Shown here: positions 50,161 through 64,000 of the stretch, one piece after another | Layout of the letters: each line of letters opens with the position of its first letter | Position numbering within the stretch: position 1 is the stretch's first letter | From: Marsupella aquatica | Taxonomy: Eukaryota > Plantae > Marchantiophyta | Direction: 5' to 3' | Assembly (NCBI GenBank): GCA_973895155.1 | Contig: OZ316897.1 | Span: forward strand, 7,740,470-7,804,469 | Length of the DNA stretch: 64,000 nt | Program-made: the position numbers and the translations under genes | Notes under the pieces: model-generated | The model's input: the letters and a program-made list of their open reading frames with translations, nothing else | Told to the model about the DNA's origin: nothing | Database searches by the model: none

Positions 50161-51629
50161 AGGCTACGAGTAGTAGGAGCTAGTAAGGTCAAAGTTTGGT
50201 GTTTGATTGCAAAAGAATATGCAAAGGTAAACCCCAAAAACCTAGAAAGAGGGGAAAATGAAGAAAAATGGGAAAAAATACTACCAATACCATAGTGTGA
50301 CAAGTATCTGAGTTAGGGTCTAGACTTCTGAGTTGGGGTCCTAGACTTCAAAACTTTAGACACTAACTCTATGGCCAACCATGTGAATGTGAAAGCTCAT
50401 GTTTTTGTCATGTTATCTATTTACATTCAAAATGAACATTCAGGCTCATCTGTGCAATAGTGTGATAACTAACTACCGCTCATAGCTCTGCAATAGTGTG
50501 ATAACTATGGTAAGTTCGGGTCCACCTCTATGCAATAATGTGATGAGCTAATGGTCCACAGTAAGTCTACAAATGGGACATCAATGTACTCTAAGGGAGC
50601 AAGCCTCTTGCTGATGGAGTATATTGGAAGTGATGCACATTACACCAATTTTACTAACATGCCTTTTACTAACATGCCCCTTGCGAGAATGCAAGGTCTC
50701 CAAGAGCACCCACAGGTCCATAGTTCTCAAGTTGTAACACATCTGAGTGTAAACTACCTGCATTTCCATTGACTCATCCTTCATTTACTTGAAACCAGCA
50801 ACATTTGTCTAGGCCAATATGAAACTCGATTCGACCTGGTGCAAGCTTGTGCTGCTCATTCACAGCTAAGATTGGATCACTCATATGCGTTCACCTATTT
50901 AGCTCCCAAACGGGTGATGTCGCAAAATTCTCATCCCCCATCAGCAAACGAAATGTGGGACAATGACTATCTGAAACACAATCCCGCAGATATTATGGTG
51001 TTTTTTTAATGTACTTCACTGCAGAACACAAACATCTTGTCAAAGAAGACCTTGCAACAGAAAAACTTGTAAATCTTGGATGGGACGACAGGAATACAAC
51101 AGCGTCGATGGATGCAAACCTGCACTCGACGTCTCAGGACCCAGATTGTTGTACGTTCACAAACGAGTGTGTTAATCACGTCAAAATTGCACGTAGTGGA
51201 ATGTGACAGGGCGTCAGACGCATGTGAATTGATATCTCGCCATTCGGGCCCATGGTAAGCTCCTTATGACAGCGGAAGAGATGAATTCAAGCAATGCGAA
51301 GAGAGATTAACAGACGTCTGCAGTTTATCCTAAGCTGCACACGAATGCTTCTGCAGAAACCGGGACTCGAAGTCCTACCAAATGTGACGGACCAAACCTT
51401 GGGAATAGTAATTAGATTACAACCAGGATCTGTGAAACACGCATCATATAATTGATGAATGTAAACACCTTCGCAGGAAGGAAGTACTACATCTGCCCTA
51501 TGACTTAGCACAAATTTCAAGTGCTGAAGTATAATCTTTCCACAACTCTTCATTTATACAAAAGAATGCCTTCTTTGAGAGGTAAACCAATCGAAGCGCC
51601 CTGACTACCTGTTTTCACCTGTAAATTGT

Positions 51630-54600
51630 TCACGTATCCAACAACAGAAGGAGCTCCTTCTTCTCCTGTAACCTTTTGAACAAATTCTTGCTATACAACC
51701 GGCGTCTGACTTTTTGCCGCCTCTTCAACCACACTGAGTAGTCCCTTCCTCTTTTAGTTACTATGAAATCCTTCAGATCATCAAAGCTATCGTTACTGGG
51801 ATCCTGCTTACTTAGAGAATTCACAAATACGTTCGAGCTGGTTGATGGAGGAACATCTCCATCCGTGACATCATCCATAAAATCACAGCTGCCCCAGTCT
51901 TGTCTCGATGTATTGCCCACTCCAGGAATAAATTTACTTACTTTGGCCAGCCTGCGATTACTCAAGGGATTCAGAATATTCGCTTTCTTGACACATCCAT
52001 TCATGCTTTGAAACGCAGGCACAGGCAGCAAGAAACTCGGTACCACATCACTGTCAAGAAAGGTATGTGATACACCCACCTACGTAAGGAGATTTAAGGC
52101 CCACCACGTTCGTTTACCTCAACCCTTGCATAAAGACTTACCGTCAAGGCTACGTTTCTAAGGTCAGCTTTACATTCGGGGCTTTTATTGTGTAAACCTC
52201 CACAACGTGTATAGAGTTAGGGACTTTCGAGTCAAAACAGAAATCAAAGAGACTTGAACGCAGTAGCAATCTGTGATTTACCTCTTATTACAAGTTTGAT
52301 AGCTGCTAGTTGATTTCCCCCTAGAAGGAGAAGTTTTCCGCAGCAATCTTTTGAGTATTGCAGAAGTTGAAGCGGAGCAGAGCTTCCTCTCCTGCGGTGT
52401 AGGCTGAGGTTTCTCGGAGCCTAATCCATAATCCTCTGCGTTCTGTTGCGTTATTAGTGAAGCTGATCTTGTCTGCCGCTTCTCAAATCTGACGACTGTG
52501 CTCGACACAATAAATTCAACATCGGAATTTGATTGTGCTATGATGAGCTCCTCTTGTCCAGCCAGATAACTTCCAATCGGAGGGCTTAGCTCCTCACTAC
52601 AAGAAACCTGATCTGTCTGAATTCGATCACCTACTACCGCTTCATCACAACCCGGAGTTTCCTGGCACTCCTGAATTTCCTCCACAACTCTCTCTGACAA
52701 TTCCTTTTGGTGGCCATCGGTATGGTCGCATCCTGCGCCTACAGCTAGGGAATTGGCCGGAAGACGACTGTCGGGCACTGTCGGGCACCGGGTTTGTTCA
52801 AAAAGGTCTCGAGATTCTGCCAGTATTTGTTCAGTTGGCAACTCTGAGAAGGCAGCGAAAAAACTCAACCCCTTCTCTAGCAAAGGCGTAAGTGCACAGT
52901 CAATCGAGGAGTCCACACTTCTTGCTAACTCTTCCACAGCATTTCTCAACATGTCCACTTGGTCAAGAAAGCTGTTGCACTGTCCAAGGCTCCCTGTCAT
53001 ATTCCATGCTTCTCCACCAAAATATGTCCCAGTAACTGTGCTAGTTACTGCAATCTTATGCCACGCCTCCTCGGGCATTGTTTTGCAGTGATGAGATAGC
53101 CAGTGAGCAGCTGCAATACCTTCTGTCAACACTCGATCGATTCCTTCACTTATTTTTAAAATAAATGAAATGAAGAATTCCTCTCCGTTCCTGATGAACA
53201 ATATCCGCTCACAAACTACTAATTGGGATGCTAAGGTCAAGATGTAAGCAATAGTCTCAAACGTCGAGGTAGGCTCCGCGATCTCCGACGCGGACATTGC
53301 CGCCGTGATGGATACGTGGTCTTGCAAGATGTCAACCATGTAGATAAGAAATGTAACCAAGGAGTAAGATTTTGTGGGCTCTGACAGAGACAGATGAAGG
53401 ACTTCTGTCATCAATCCTTCTGTCTTGAACAACTCTGGCCTTTCAATAATAGTTTGAAGAACACCCGATTGATTGTGGAAGCAACTGCTGAACGCCATAG
53501 CCACAAGACTCAGGGCATCACGTGCTGAGAGCTGCTTCAAAATGAAAAACAAGAAGAACTCTGGCATTGGGCGCTGAGATTGACAGCCCAGAGACGGTAC
53601 CGTTAGTAAGATGGTTTAGATTCTCAGAGGAAGAAATCTGCGCAACATTTGAACCATTGAAGTCGATGGCCAAAGAACTACCTCAGGTAAATTTCTATTG
53701 TGATTGGGAGTGCACGACACAATCTTCAGACGTTGGGAAAGGGTAGGTATCAAGGGGAAAAGAATTTAAGACAGCATCTTGCAACAAAAATTACAGAAAT
53801 CACCGTGGATAAAGCAGACAACCACCTGTTGTTCAGAGAGATCTTGTAACACTTCTCTCAAAGCTAGAATCATTTCCTCAAGATAGCTGGAAGTGCTGTC
53901 AGACTTTGGCGGTTGCCGTAAATCATTGTCAAATGACGATCTTCTGCACTTTCCGTACCCACGCACTTCGAGTGAATTGCTACAGATATCGTCACACAGC
54001 GTGCAATCACAGATCACATCACATTCTGGAGTAGATTTTCTATTGTCGTTTCTTTCATCCAGAGCGAGCAGCAAGGCCACCAAAGATTCTACGAGGTGAA
54101 AGTAGTCCTCCAGTGTTTCATCGGGTGCTCCACTGCTCACCTCACCACCGAGGATTCTTGTGAAGAATACAATTGTCTGTCCCACCAAATTACTCAAAGA
54201 TCCCCGTGAGTCCCCCTCATTCTGTCCGGCTATTCCACATCGTCGGTCGTGATGGATAGGGAATTGATCCGTGGCAGCAGGAAAGCACAAACTGAGATGA
54301 AGGCCAATACACTGGAGGATCTTGTCAAAATCTGCTGCGTTGTGCTCTGCCGATGGCGTCGCTCGGGGCTCGAGACCTGTATCTCCAAAAGCATCTGTAA
54401 GCCATGTTGACATACGAACTTCTCTACCAATACACTTGATTGCAGAACTCATCAACTGCAGAAGAGCAACGACCAACCCAGACGTGTCCTTGATGGCTTC
54501 CTCGTCAAAGACCACATTATTTCTTCTCTCGACACAGTGGAAGCCGGCAGCCAGAGAGTGACGCAGAAATTGACCTGCAAACCTAAAGGTACCAGTTCCA

Positions 54601-56419
54601 TCCTCGACAGGGAAGTCACTCTCAGTATCCAATGTTCCAGTTGAACAAGAATGGCAGTCGTCTCTGTACAAATTCACGTGTCCAATTCCAATATCTCCTC
54701 TACCTGAAACTTCATCCATAGTATCCAGCTCAGGGCCCTCGACCGAAACATCAAACAGGCGGGTGTACTTCGACAGATAGAATTCAAGCAAAGACATTTC
54801 TAGCGTTTGGCACCGATTTGGACGACTACCATCTCCGCAGGTATCTGAAGGTAAGGAGATTCTTGAGTACAACAGGATCGCTTGTTCAAGAATAGAAGAC
54901 GCAAAATTAAGCGTGGTTTCCGATGGTGAGGATCCGTGAAGACAGTGATAGTCGTTGAAATCAAAATTAGGTAGCAGTTCTTGGCTGCAATATGACCAAT
55001 CAACTCCACCAGCCCAACAATTCTTCACAAGTATTTGTCTTGTCCTACTGAGATCGTCAACTAGGCCAAAGCTTACAGGTGTCCTGTCATTCAATATTCT
55101 AGCAAGTAAACGGACAATGTGTGGAACATAGAAAGCTGGGACTTCTTCAGTGCTGAATTTCTCAAGTAAAATGAGTCCAGCTGGTAAACTTAAATTGCCT
55201 GCCAGGAATCCTTGCCTCCTTGATGCTGGTGAAGCCTGGTGAAATGCCGATGAGTAAAAGGATGATAGGACATGGACGAACGCTGCTTCAAGCGATGCTT
55301 CAGTATGTTTTACAAGGCAAGTCATTTGCTCCCTAGAGAATGACCGGCTCGTGTCTTCCCGTGACCTCAGTAAACGAGCAATCAAATCTGGGTGCAGGAG
55401 GAGCTCATCCAAATATACCTGCAGCAAACAATGAGGATCCCCTCAGGTGAAGATCGAAGTGAACAGGCTAATACAAGGCTTGGTCTTCCAAAGAGCTAGT
55501 AACCTTAGGACCTCCAGTTTCCAATCACCTCAAGGTGGAAATCAAACCTTTGGAATACGAAAATTTGCCCCAAATACTAAATGTTACAAAAATCGGACCA
55601 GCCCTTTCTTGCTCCAAGGCCTAGAAGTCGAAGAGAGTTGAAAGTGAGTGAGAGAAAAGTACCTCGAGCATTGCAAAGATAAGTTCTTTCCGATGCCGTG
55701 AGTCCATATCAAGTACATTTGGCATCCAAGCCTCATCACTTGGAGCCGTTTGGTGGCTTCTTTTACTGAGCATGCCCTCTGACGATTTCAATCTCAGGAG
55801 GTGAAAGAGCTTGGTTGGGTGGCAGAGCTGCTGTAATATGCCATCCAGCAGTTTTGTGGAGGCAAGACTGGCATCTTTGTCAAAGAAATCCGCGAGTGGT
55901 AAGATTCTTATGCAGGACCGCAGTGTTTGGGAAACTATTTTAAGATTGAGGACCATGGTAAAGTCGCCTTGGGCTCCTTCTTCGATCTGTCTGCTATATA
56001 TCCAGGACAATGCGGAAAGAAAATACGTCTGATCCTTTAGCTCCCGCACAACCAGCTCATGCAGCTGAGCAACTTCCTTGTGCCCCAGGGAAACGGACGA
56101 TGCCCCAACCCGTGTGGACAAAGCGTTAAACTCTGTGGAGAAAGACATCGTGGTTGCCACACATGATAGAAACATCGATAGAGATTGCAGAAGCTGCGCC
56201 TTGGAGGCCTGGAAAAAAACAACTGTTCATTCACCTGTCACAAACGCGACCTATAATATTGCTTGAGTTTCAGATTCAAATTGCAATTAGACTTGCTGTC
56301 AAGTGTGTTCGGAACCATACCATGTCAGCTACAGTTGAGAATTTTTCCAGACCATCACAATCGTCATCACTACCATCCACATCCTCCCGTGATGCGGCTG
56401 CTATCTCCCCCTCCTCCAT
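51630..56419 (-). CDS. Large uncharacterised plant protein, probable exons 56419-56321, 56208-55663, 55418-53826, 53573-52282, 52050-51630
   Basis: Four long open frames (184, 553, 429 and 149 aa) plus a short 99-nt first exon join with phase-compatible GT-AG junctions. The composition is helical and Leu-rich, and the C-terminus DDLKDFIVTKRGRDYSVWLKRRQK looks conserved. I do not recognise the family, and the first and last exon boundaries are inferred. Confidence 0.75.
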
Positions 56420-59400
56420 TTCTCACCGAAGTGAGGGCTCTCCCGAACAAAAGTGTTCTCCGTCCGTCCGCAGGGTGAAATCGCACGGGACACGGGAAGA
56501 AACCCTAAGTTACTTCAGTTGTGTTTTAGACCACGATAACCGGGAGTCCCGATTGCCGCAGAGAAGTTCAAGTAAACTGCAGGAGCCATTCAAGAGATCA
56601 CTGAATGCTCGAAAAGAGCGTCGTGCACAGATAAGGTGTTTGTGAATCTAAGATTTCTGCGCTGAGCTTGGAGAACATGCTTAACCCTCAAATGTAGTAG
56701 CGAACGGAACGAAGACTGCTCCTAGAACCCAGATTTCTCTGCGGGAGCTTCAGAAAATCCTTCGACCTACACTAGTTGCGAACGACTCGAAAGAAGTAGG
56801 CAGAGTGTTTAGCTAAGCTTGATGGGAGGAGCTTTAGCTAAATGCTTCAACCTCGTGTATCTTTGCGAACGAATTGACAAAATCGAACGAATGCTCCCAA
56901 AGACTGAGTGCGCGAAGAGAGAGCTCAACGAGAGGTATAGCTCCAGCACATCTGCACCATCGCTAATGCGCAACTATACTCGCGTGTTTCGTGCAGCCAT
57001 TGAATTGTTTCATGTGAACTTCGCCGCGAGAAAATGGCGCGGAGAACTTCTAGAGTTTTGTTTTGGTCAAACGCTCGGATGATGTCTATCCAAACCTTTC
57101 AGCTACCGTAGGATAAAAATACTAAAATGTTCTTTGTATAAAAACACCTTTGTATCCATCCCTTTTTGGCTCTTTGGTATTCATTCCTCTAGTTTTCTCC
57201 CTTTGTTTTTTCTCAAAGTATTAGGGTGTCTCAAACTACTGTAGCTGTGTTATGCAGATTCCCATGACCAAAAATGCTGCAGGCTGGGTCCCAGACTAGA
57301 AATCTGAGGGTCTCGCAAACCATGATCATCAGTAACTCAGGGGGGGTAGGAGCACCAGCATCCACATGAAGAATCTCTCCACACAAAATCGGGCAAAAAA
57401 TGCATCAGCGCCCTTCGAGAATGGTCAGTGCCCTTTGAAAAATCAATGATGGGCAGTGTTCTACAGGGGCATGGTGTATCCCAAAAAATCCCAGGCAAGG
57501 CAAATTTGACCAAAATTTAGTTTTGGTCATGATTGTGGATGTCTATTTTCCTTCATGGCTGTCCAAAATTTAAAGGGAATGTGCAGATTTGAGACACCCT
57601 CTGGTTCTCCTGTCTTTGTGGACCTGTCTCCCCTTTGATTTTCAGTTCTCCTGTTTCTCCCTTTAGTATTGGGTCTCCTGCCTCCAAGGACCTGTCTCCC
57701 CTCTGGGCATTTCTTTCTCTTTTGGGTTGTTTTTTACAAGCCTCAATGCCCATTCTTTGAATGATGATGATACTCCTCTTCATGCACATCCTTATTTCCA
57801 TGCACATAAATTCTGGTGGCCGTAGAGTCACTACACCCCAACTCTAGCTTGTCTTCACACTTCATAGGTAAGATTTACTTGTTCAATACCCATAAGCTGC
57901 ACAAACAATATTGTCTTTATAAACCTGTCTTCCCTTTGGGCATTTCTTTCTCTTAAATTTGTGTTGTTATATATTGACTATTTCAATACCCATAAGTTGC
58001 ATAGACAATGTTGTTGCACAAAAGATAACATTGCATGAAAGATGTCATCATTATGCAAGAAATGTCATTGAGGAAATGATATTACTATGTTCAAAAAGTT
58101 GCTGCATAAACTAAGTTGTTGTACAAAAGAAGGAATAAACAAACAGCGAATTTCGACAAAGGAGCTTAAATAGTCCGAAGTGAAAGAAAAACATAAATAG
58201 TAGTGCAATATGAAGATGATACACATGATAAAAACTTTATCCATTTCACTATAGAACTACCATCCTTGTATGGGAGGGAAAAACATAAATAGTAGTGGAA
58301 TATGAAGATGATACACACTTTGGTAGTGCTTGTTTCTTGATTCAAAAAATAGAATATTTTTTCTGGGAACATAGTCAACCAATGTGAGTGATAAAAACTT
58401 TATTCATTTCACTATAGAACTACCATACTTCTATGGGAGGGGGAGACTGAGTACTCAAGTGTGAGATGGGAAGGGCAAGAATAGAGGAGGATTTTGTCCC
58501 CCTCAATCAATCCTTGCCTCTCACCCGTTTCCCATCTATGTGCCTCCCCCCTGCCCTTTCTCCTCGATCCTCCCCCTTTGCCCTTTACTTGTTTTGTCTG
58601 GCCTCCCCTCCTTGATTTGCATCACAGTCCTTCCTTCTCATGACAGATGTCAAAATTTATAAACGATCACAGTAATAAACCACGGGTATTTCTCATAATT
58701 AATCTGTGGGTGCGAGTCTTGTAATTTTGGTTGGGTTGTTGTTGCAAAAATTCTATTATTTTTTGTCACTGTTGTTGTTGTGAAAGTGTCATTGTGAGAC
58801 TGTTGTTGTTGGAGAGGGCCCAAGATGGGTGACGGCACCCATTGCATCTCGGAATCCCACGCAAAAGAGAGGAGCATTTTTGTTTTAATTTTGTCTTGTT
58901 TTTAATTTCTTTAGTGATTAAAAAATATACTTTTCATATTTACGCAATTGGCAGGTGCGAGCATGTGTAGGGCAGCTTGGGCAGACATTTGAGATCAGCC
59001 TTATCTAGGGGATCTGGCAGTGCCAAAAAATCAGTTTTTGATGAAGACCTGACTCATGCTTTTTCCCCATTTTGAAACCAGGCAACATAGTTTTTTGGTT
59101 GGATAGGGTATTATTGTGTTGATATCATCCCATTTGTTTAAAATGATCCTCCTATGGACAGAGTCCATCAACAATGCAACTCTCATGGACCATGATATCC
59201 TTTACCTCTTCACTCATTGATATGCTTCTCTTTTACAATAAGTTTTCAACAACAAAGTTTGACCTTCAATCTCCATTGCTATTCAACAAAATAGCAATTC
59301 TTGGGCTCTGTGGAAGCTTCTTGGAAAGATCTTTCCAACCAGTCTAATATATCTCTAGTTTTCATGAAGGATTGAGTCATGAATCTCTAAAGATTACTTA

Positions 59401-59689
59401 ATCGCTCATTGTCCAATTTTTGCACTTCCAAAAGATTTTGAGCTCCTAACTTTGACATGCATTACCTCCCTCAATGTCCAATGGATCCAAATTATTCAAA
59501 ATTGATAGACCTAAAAACTTCCAACGATGACTGTCTGGAGTTTTCTCACATCCACTCATAGGTAAATTATGTACAACATGACAAGAAAAGAGGGCTTCTC
59601 TGCTTTCTAACCGGGTTGCAAAAGTCTATCCAAGAATTTTGGCAAGCCTGAAGGTCCATCAGGCGAGGAATTCATTTTCCATTGACTGA

Positions 59690-62600
59690 GGTGAGTGCCC
59701 CAAGGTATTGCATTACAAAACCCTGGTCATTACCTAGGTTCAGAACACACCAAAGCCTAGAATTTGCCAATCCTCTGAGAGAACGAGGCTGGGGAGGCCC
59801 GAGGGGAGAGGGAGGGGGAGAAAACATTTTAGGTGGAGCTCTGGGTGCAAAGACTATGAGGTTTTTCCGGTGAAGTTGGGTGACTGCGGTTTGGGATGTG
59901 CAGGTGACCATGTATAGTTCGTACTGGGAAGGGAGGAGGGTATTTTATGATCCAATGAATCCAAGGAGAAGTGCAAGGCTTTGGGAAGAAGGCCCTGCTA
60001 TGCACTTATAGATGGTTTGCATGCTATAAATGGAGTGTCTACAAATGACTTTGCCCTTGTAGATGGTATAGACCACCAAAATGAACCAACACTAGATAAT
60101 CAAGCTCCAATATATAAGTGCACACACCAAATAGTTGGCAGTTCTTAGTAGATAGAATGGACATGCCTTGTACCCCTGCCTCCTCAGATGCCCCTCATAC
60201 CAAACCCTAAACACAAATAAGTGCCACTTTCATTCAGAATACCCTTTGTGCGGTATATTCATAAATGTAGTTTGGAACTCCCCAAAGGAATGGAAATGGA
60301 CAGCCTTTGTTAATGTAGAACACTAAGCATTGACTACTTGGTACAATCCAACAAAAACTTCTGTCTAAATTAATATGGTTTGTTTTGCCATGGCAAGTGA
60401 TCCCAAAAAAACAAAACAACTTTTAACTACTTTGCCACGAAAGATGTTACAATTGACAATACTGCCACAGTTTTTTTTAAATGCTTGGGTGTTTATTAAC
60501 CAAACAACACTGCCATTGAAATGGGACCTGAGTTCCCCAAGTGCTACTGTCCAAAATTCTTGGTTTCCATAACATTTTTTACACCCAAATAATGTGACTA
60601 CTCGCGACAACAAGCTTCATGTTTTCATGAAACATTTTTTGTATCAATAGTCACACCACAAATAATCTGAATTGATTTGCATGATTAAGGTTATTGGTAA
60701 TATCTACCAATTGAATCACTCACAACGAAACTACCTTTTCATACTCTGTTAGTGTTACTGCTAGTGTTAGTCTTAAGACTATTTCGAGTTTGTGGGGATT
60801 CAAATTTTGAGAGCTACACATGCCATTAGTGTTAATAACACTAAGTAAGTGAAACAGTGTAGGTGATTACAGCTGTTCTCAAGGAATCACTCTTGACTTG
60901 TAAAATTATTTGTAGAAATGGAAATCATTTTAAGTATATATCAGGGGTTTGGATAGCACAATTGGCTCCAGCTTTGGGCTTGTTTATGAAGGGAGTTGAA
61001 CTGTTTGGCGTCAAAGATTTGTGTGACAATTCTTTGCAATAGTAGACATGCACCAAGGCTAACTTGACATTAGAACCTAAACTTTGCACATAATGGTATC
61101 TATCACCTTGGTAATTCATCTGTACGTAGGAGACAAAAACAAAAGTTCTGTTGTGATTCTTCTTCTTCTTAATTGGGGTAACACCTTGGGGGTAACACAA
61201 GCAAAACTATTGGCTGAGGCTCCAATAAGGCTGGGAGTAAGGCTTTTAGATAGTAAATGGACAATAAACTCTATTAAGGAGAATGAATTGACAATTACAC
61301 AAACTTACCATTTAAGCAAATATGGTTGTCCCCAGGTTGGAGATTGTGATATATTGTGCTCTTTTGCGGAATCCACTACTTTAGGAGATCTTGACAAACT
61401 AAGAATTGTACCACATATTTGTTATTACGAAGTCACCTTGTCTGATAATACTCATTCAAAGCTTTTGGTTTTGTTAAACTCAATGCCGTATTTTTCATTT
61501 GAATCAGATTGAGTAAACAATACCTGCTTGGGGAGACTTCCGTACTCTTGGGGACGGTGGAGTACTATCCCTCTTCTTACTAGAAATTACAGGAGGGGAT
61601 GAATCTTGGGCAGGTTGGGAACTATTTTTCCTCCTAAAAATTGCACAGGAGGATGACTCCTTACAAGGTTGACAATCAGTCCTATTCATGTTGGGAATGA
61701 CAGGTTGGGGCAACTCTCTTGACAAAGAAGGTTGAGAACAATTCTTTCCTACATTGGAAATAGTGCGTGGGGATGATTTTTGAGATAGAGAAGGTCGACA
61801 AGAACTGCTGTACTCAGTATCATACAAAATGAATCTTGATGACTCTCCAAATTGAGAAGACATTGATGGCCGTCGAGAGTTAGTTTTCTCCATATTGGGC
61901 AAAGCAAATCTTGGTGACTCTCTAGGTTGAGAAGACAAAGAAGACCGATCAGAACTATTGGTCTCTGAATTGGGTAAGATATGCCTTGGTGACTCTCCAA
62001 TTTGAGAAGCTTGTGAAGTATTCTCCATGTCGGACACCACAAATCTGGAGGACTCACAACGTTGAGAATTAGTTTTCACCTGATTTGAAATTGCAGATTG
62101 AGGTGACTCCCTAGTCTTGTCCATATTGGAAATTACAAATCGGTATGACTCTTTGCACTGGGAAGGTTGAGAGTTGTTTTTCTCCTTTTGCGGAATTATT
62201 GGTTGGGATGATGCTGTAGGTTGAGAACCAGCTTCTGTCGTACTTGAATTGAGAATCAGGGGCAAGTCTTTCAGTTGAGGAGAGTGTGACAATTTAAGTA
62301 AATCCACACCCACTGAACTTGGTTTGTGCTCATCTTCCATGGAAGACATATGATCTGGGTCTTGATATTCTTTTGCAGATGTTGGGGTTAGTGATGACAA
62401 CAACTGATTGACATCATGACCTTGGCTTGTAACTTTATTTGGGATTTTATCTTGGACGGGGCTTGTATGGTTTGGGCTTGTACCTCTACTTCCTACCGGA
62501 CTTGGACCTAGAAGGAACAATCCACGCTCACTCTTAGCTGCCAAGAAGCCATTTAACTTCCCACTCATGATTTTTGACTTCTCTTGCTCTTCCTTCAATG

Positions 62601-62750
62601 ATTGCATTAAGTTTTGCATCTTTTTGACACTACTTCGAAGGGTACCCAACACTTCCTTTCTCACTTCTGGCTCACACAATCCAAAGCTTGAAAGCTTCTC
62701 CTTAGTAATTGAATGCCAATCAATTAGAATAGGTGTGAGTCCCTGTTGAT
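59690..62750 (-). pseudogene. Decayed gene with a Ser/Pro/Gln-rich repeat region and possible Ulp1 (C48 peptidase) remnant, probably TE-borne
   Basis: The 391-aa ORF at 61504-62679 has a coiled-coil stretch and recurring ES(P/S)RF-type motifs. Downstream broken frames give YILELDYLVLVHF, PCT/FSLDSL and NDQGFVMQYL, which resemble Ulp1 motifs but contain stops and frameshifts. Confidence 0.4.
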
Positions 62751-64000
62751 ATTGCTATGTTACAACATAGCAATATCACATTCAAGTCATATATCAGTGA
62801 TGTTTAGTAGACTTATACTTGTTGCTTCAGAGACAACATTTTACTATACAATCACAAAGCAAAGTTAGATGTAAGGTCTACGGTCTAGAGTGATGCCTCC
62901 AAACCATGACTCAGGGGCCAAGACAGAAGGACACGGGGAAGAGAGGACATGTAGTATTGGGATGAGAGTACACTAAGGGGGAGGGTGCTACAATGCACAC
63001 AAAGTATCTCCTGGGCTTTCAGCTGGCTAATTTGAATAAGTAACCTTTGTTTAGTACTCACTACATCCAAAAACCCTCTTCCTAGAAATCACAGTTTGCT
63101 AAAAAAAACACACTGGCGGTTTTGAGCTAGATACTTAAAGACACTATCATAGAGACAAGATACATGGAGACTTACCAAGGAATAAAAGTTGGGTTTATTA
63201 AATATTTCAAGCACAACTACATTCCAATTTACACAACAGCATCGTGAGCAATAATGGTGCCATTATTTTGCTACTAGCTCAAATATGACGAATGCAAGCA
63301 AAGTACTTCACCCTATCACCTATTTTGGGTGCACAGAGTTACTCACATGGTTGGATTCACTTGGATGATTCAATAGAAATTTATTGGCAATGTTGTTACT
63401 TCAAAAGAGGCAGTTCTAGAGAAAAACAAACATATTTATTGGCCGGCATGGTAAATTGTAGATCATTCCCTTTATTGCCCACATAACACTTCTAAGAGAG
63501 GTACAATCACGGTTAAATTTCTAGTCTAGTTCATGCTGAAGATATGTAGGGAAGATGTGTTTGTTAGTTTGAAGATTTGCTTAAGAGTGAGGGTGCATAG
63601 ATGCGTAATTATGTCACTGGGAATACCTGATCAATGGAGGATTGAGGTTTTATTAGCTCTTCAATTGTTGATTGCAATCCTTTATTGACAACTCGTAATT
63701 GTGTTACATTGTCCACCAACTGCACAGTTCAGGTTGTGCAGAGTCCATTATAAAATTGAGGCTGAAAATCTTTAAACTAGAAACCCTACTATCACTATCA
63801 CATGCAAATAATGACTATCTAGACAATGGATTCATTTCTACTAATAGAAACAGAATCCCACCATTGCCTAAAATGCCTGGATGAACATTCATAACCCAGA
63901 TAGAATCTGAGCAAACATGTAAATGTGCTCCATTAGCATTGTTTGCAACTATTTTAGAAATGTTTGTGAAAACATGTATGCAGCTCCCTCGTCCGGTTTA

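Noticed and set aside
57263-57531. CATGACCAAAA...TTTTGGTCATG as a MITE
   Set aside because: Only an 11-bp inverted match with no convincing TSD.

Overview
Eukaryotic, intron-containing genomic DNA from a land plant, possibly a non-seed plant (inference from gene style). Three spliced host genes lie on the minus strand: DNA polymerase eta (POLH, 11 exons, 15382-21349), a transmembrane-9 superfamily TMN/EMP70 gene (7 exons, 40222-44353) and a large uncharacterised gene (5 exons, ~51630-56419). They sit among heavily nested transposons. These include a decayed CACTA element carrying a Gypsy RT fragment, a 1-kb foldback element, and a Copia element that holds a MITE, a solo LTR and an inverted PPT/U3 copy in place of gag. 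There are also two non-autonomous Helitrons and a possible decayed Ulp1-type TE gene. The main discovery candidate is a 6.7-kb two-gene DNA transposon (32399-39102) flanked by TTAA duplications and imperfect 19-bp TIRs. It encodes a spliced DDE transposase with Kolobok-type motifs and a SAP/HeH-like insert, plus a convergent small gene with a KolX/P2X7-ballast (nanor)-like C-terminus. This is an apparently complete Kolobok-like element, a superfamily I know mainly from animals, fungi and protists. All family assignments come from motif recognition by eye; no database searches were run.
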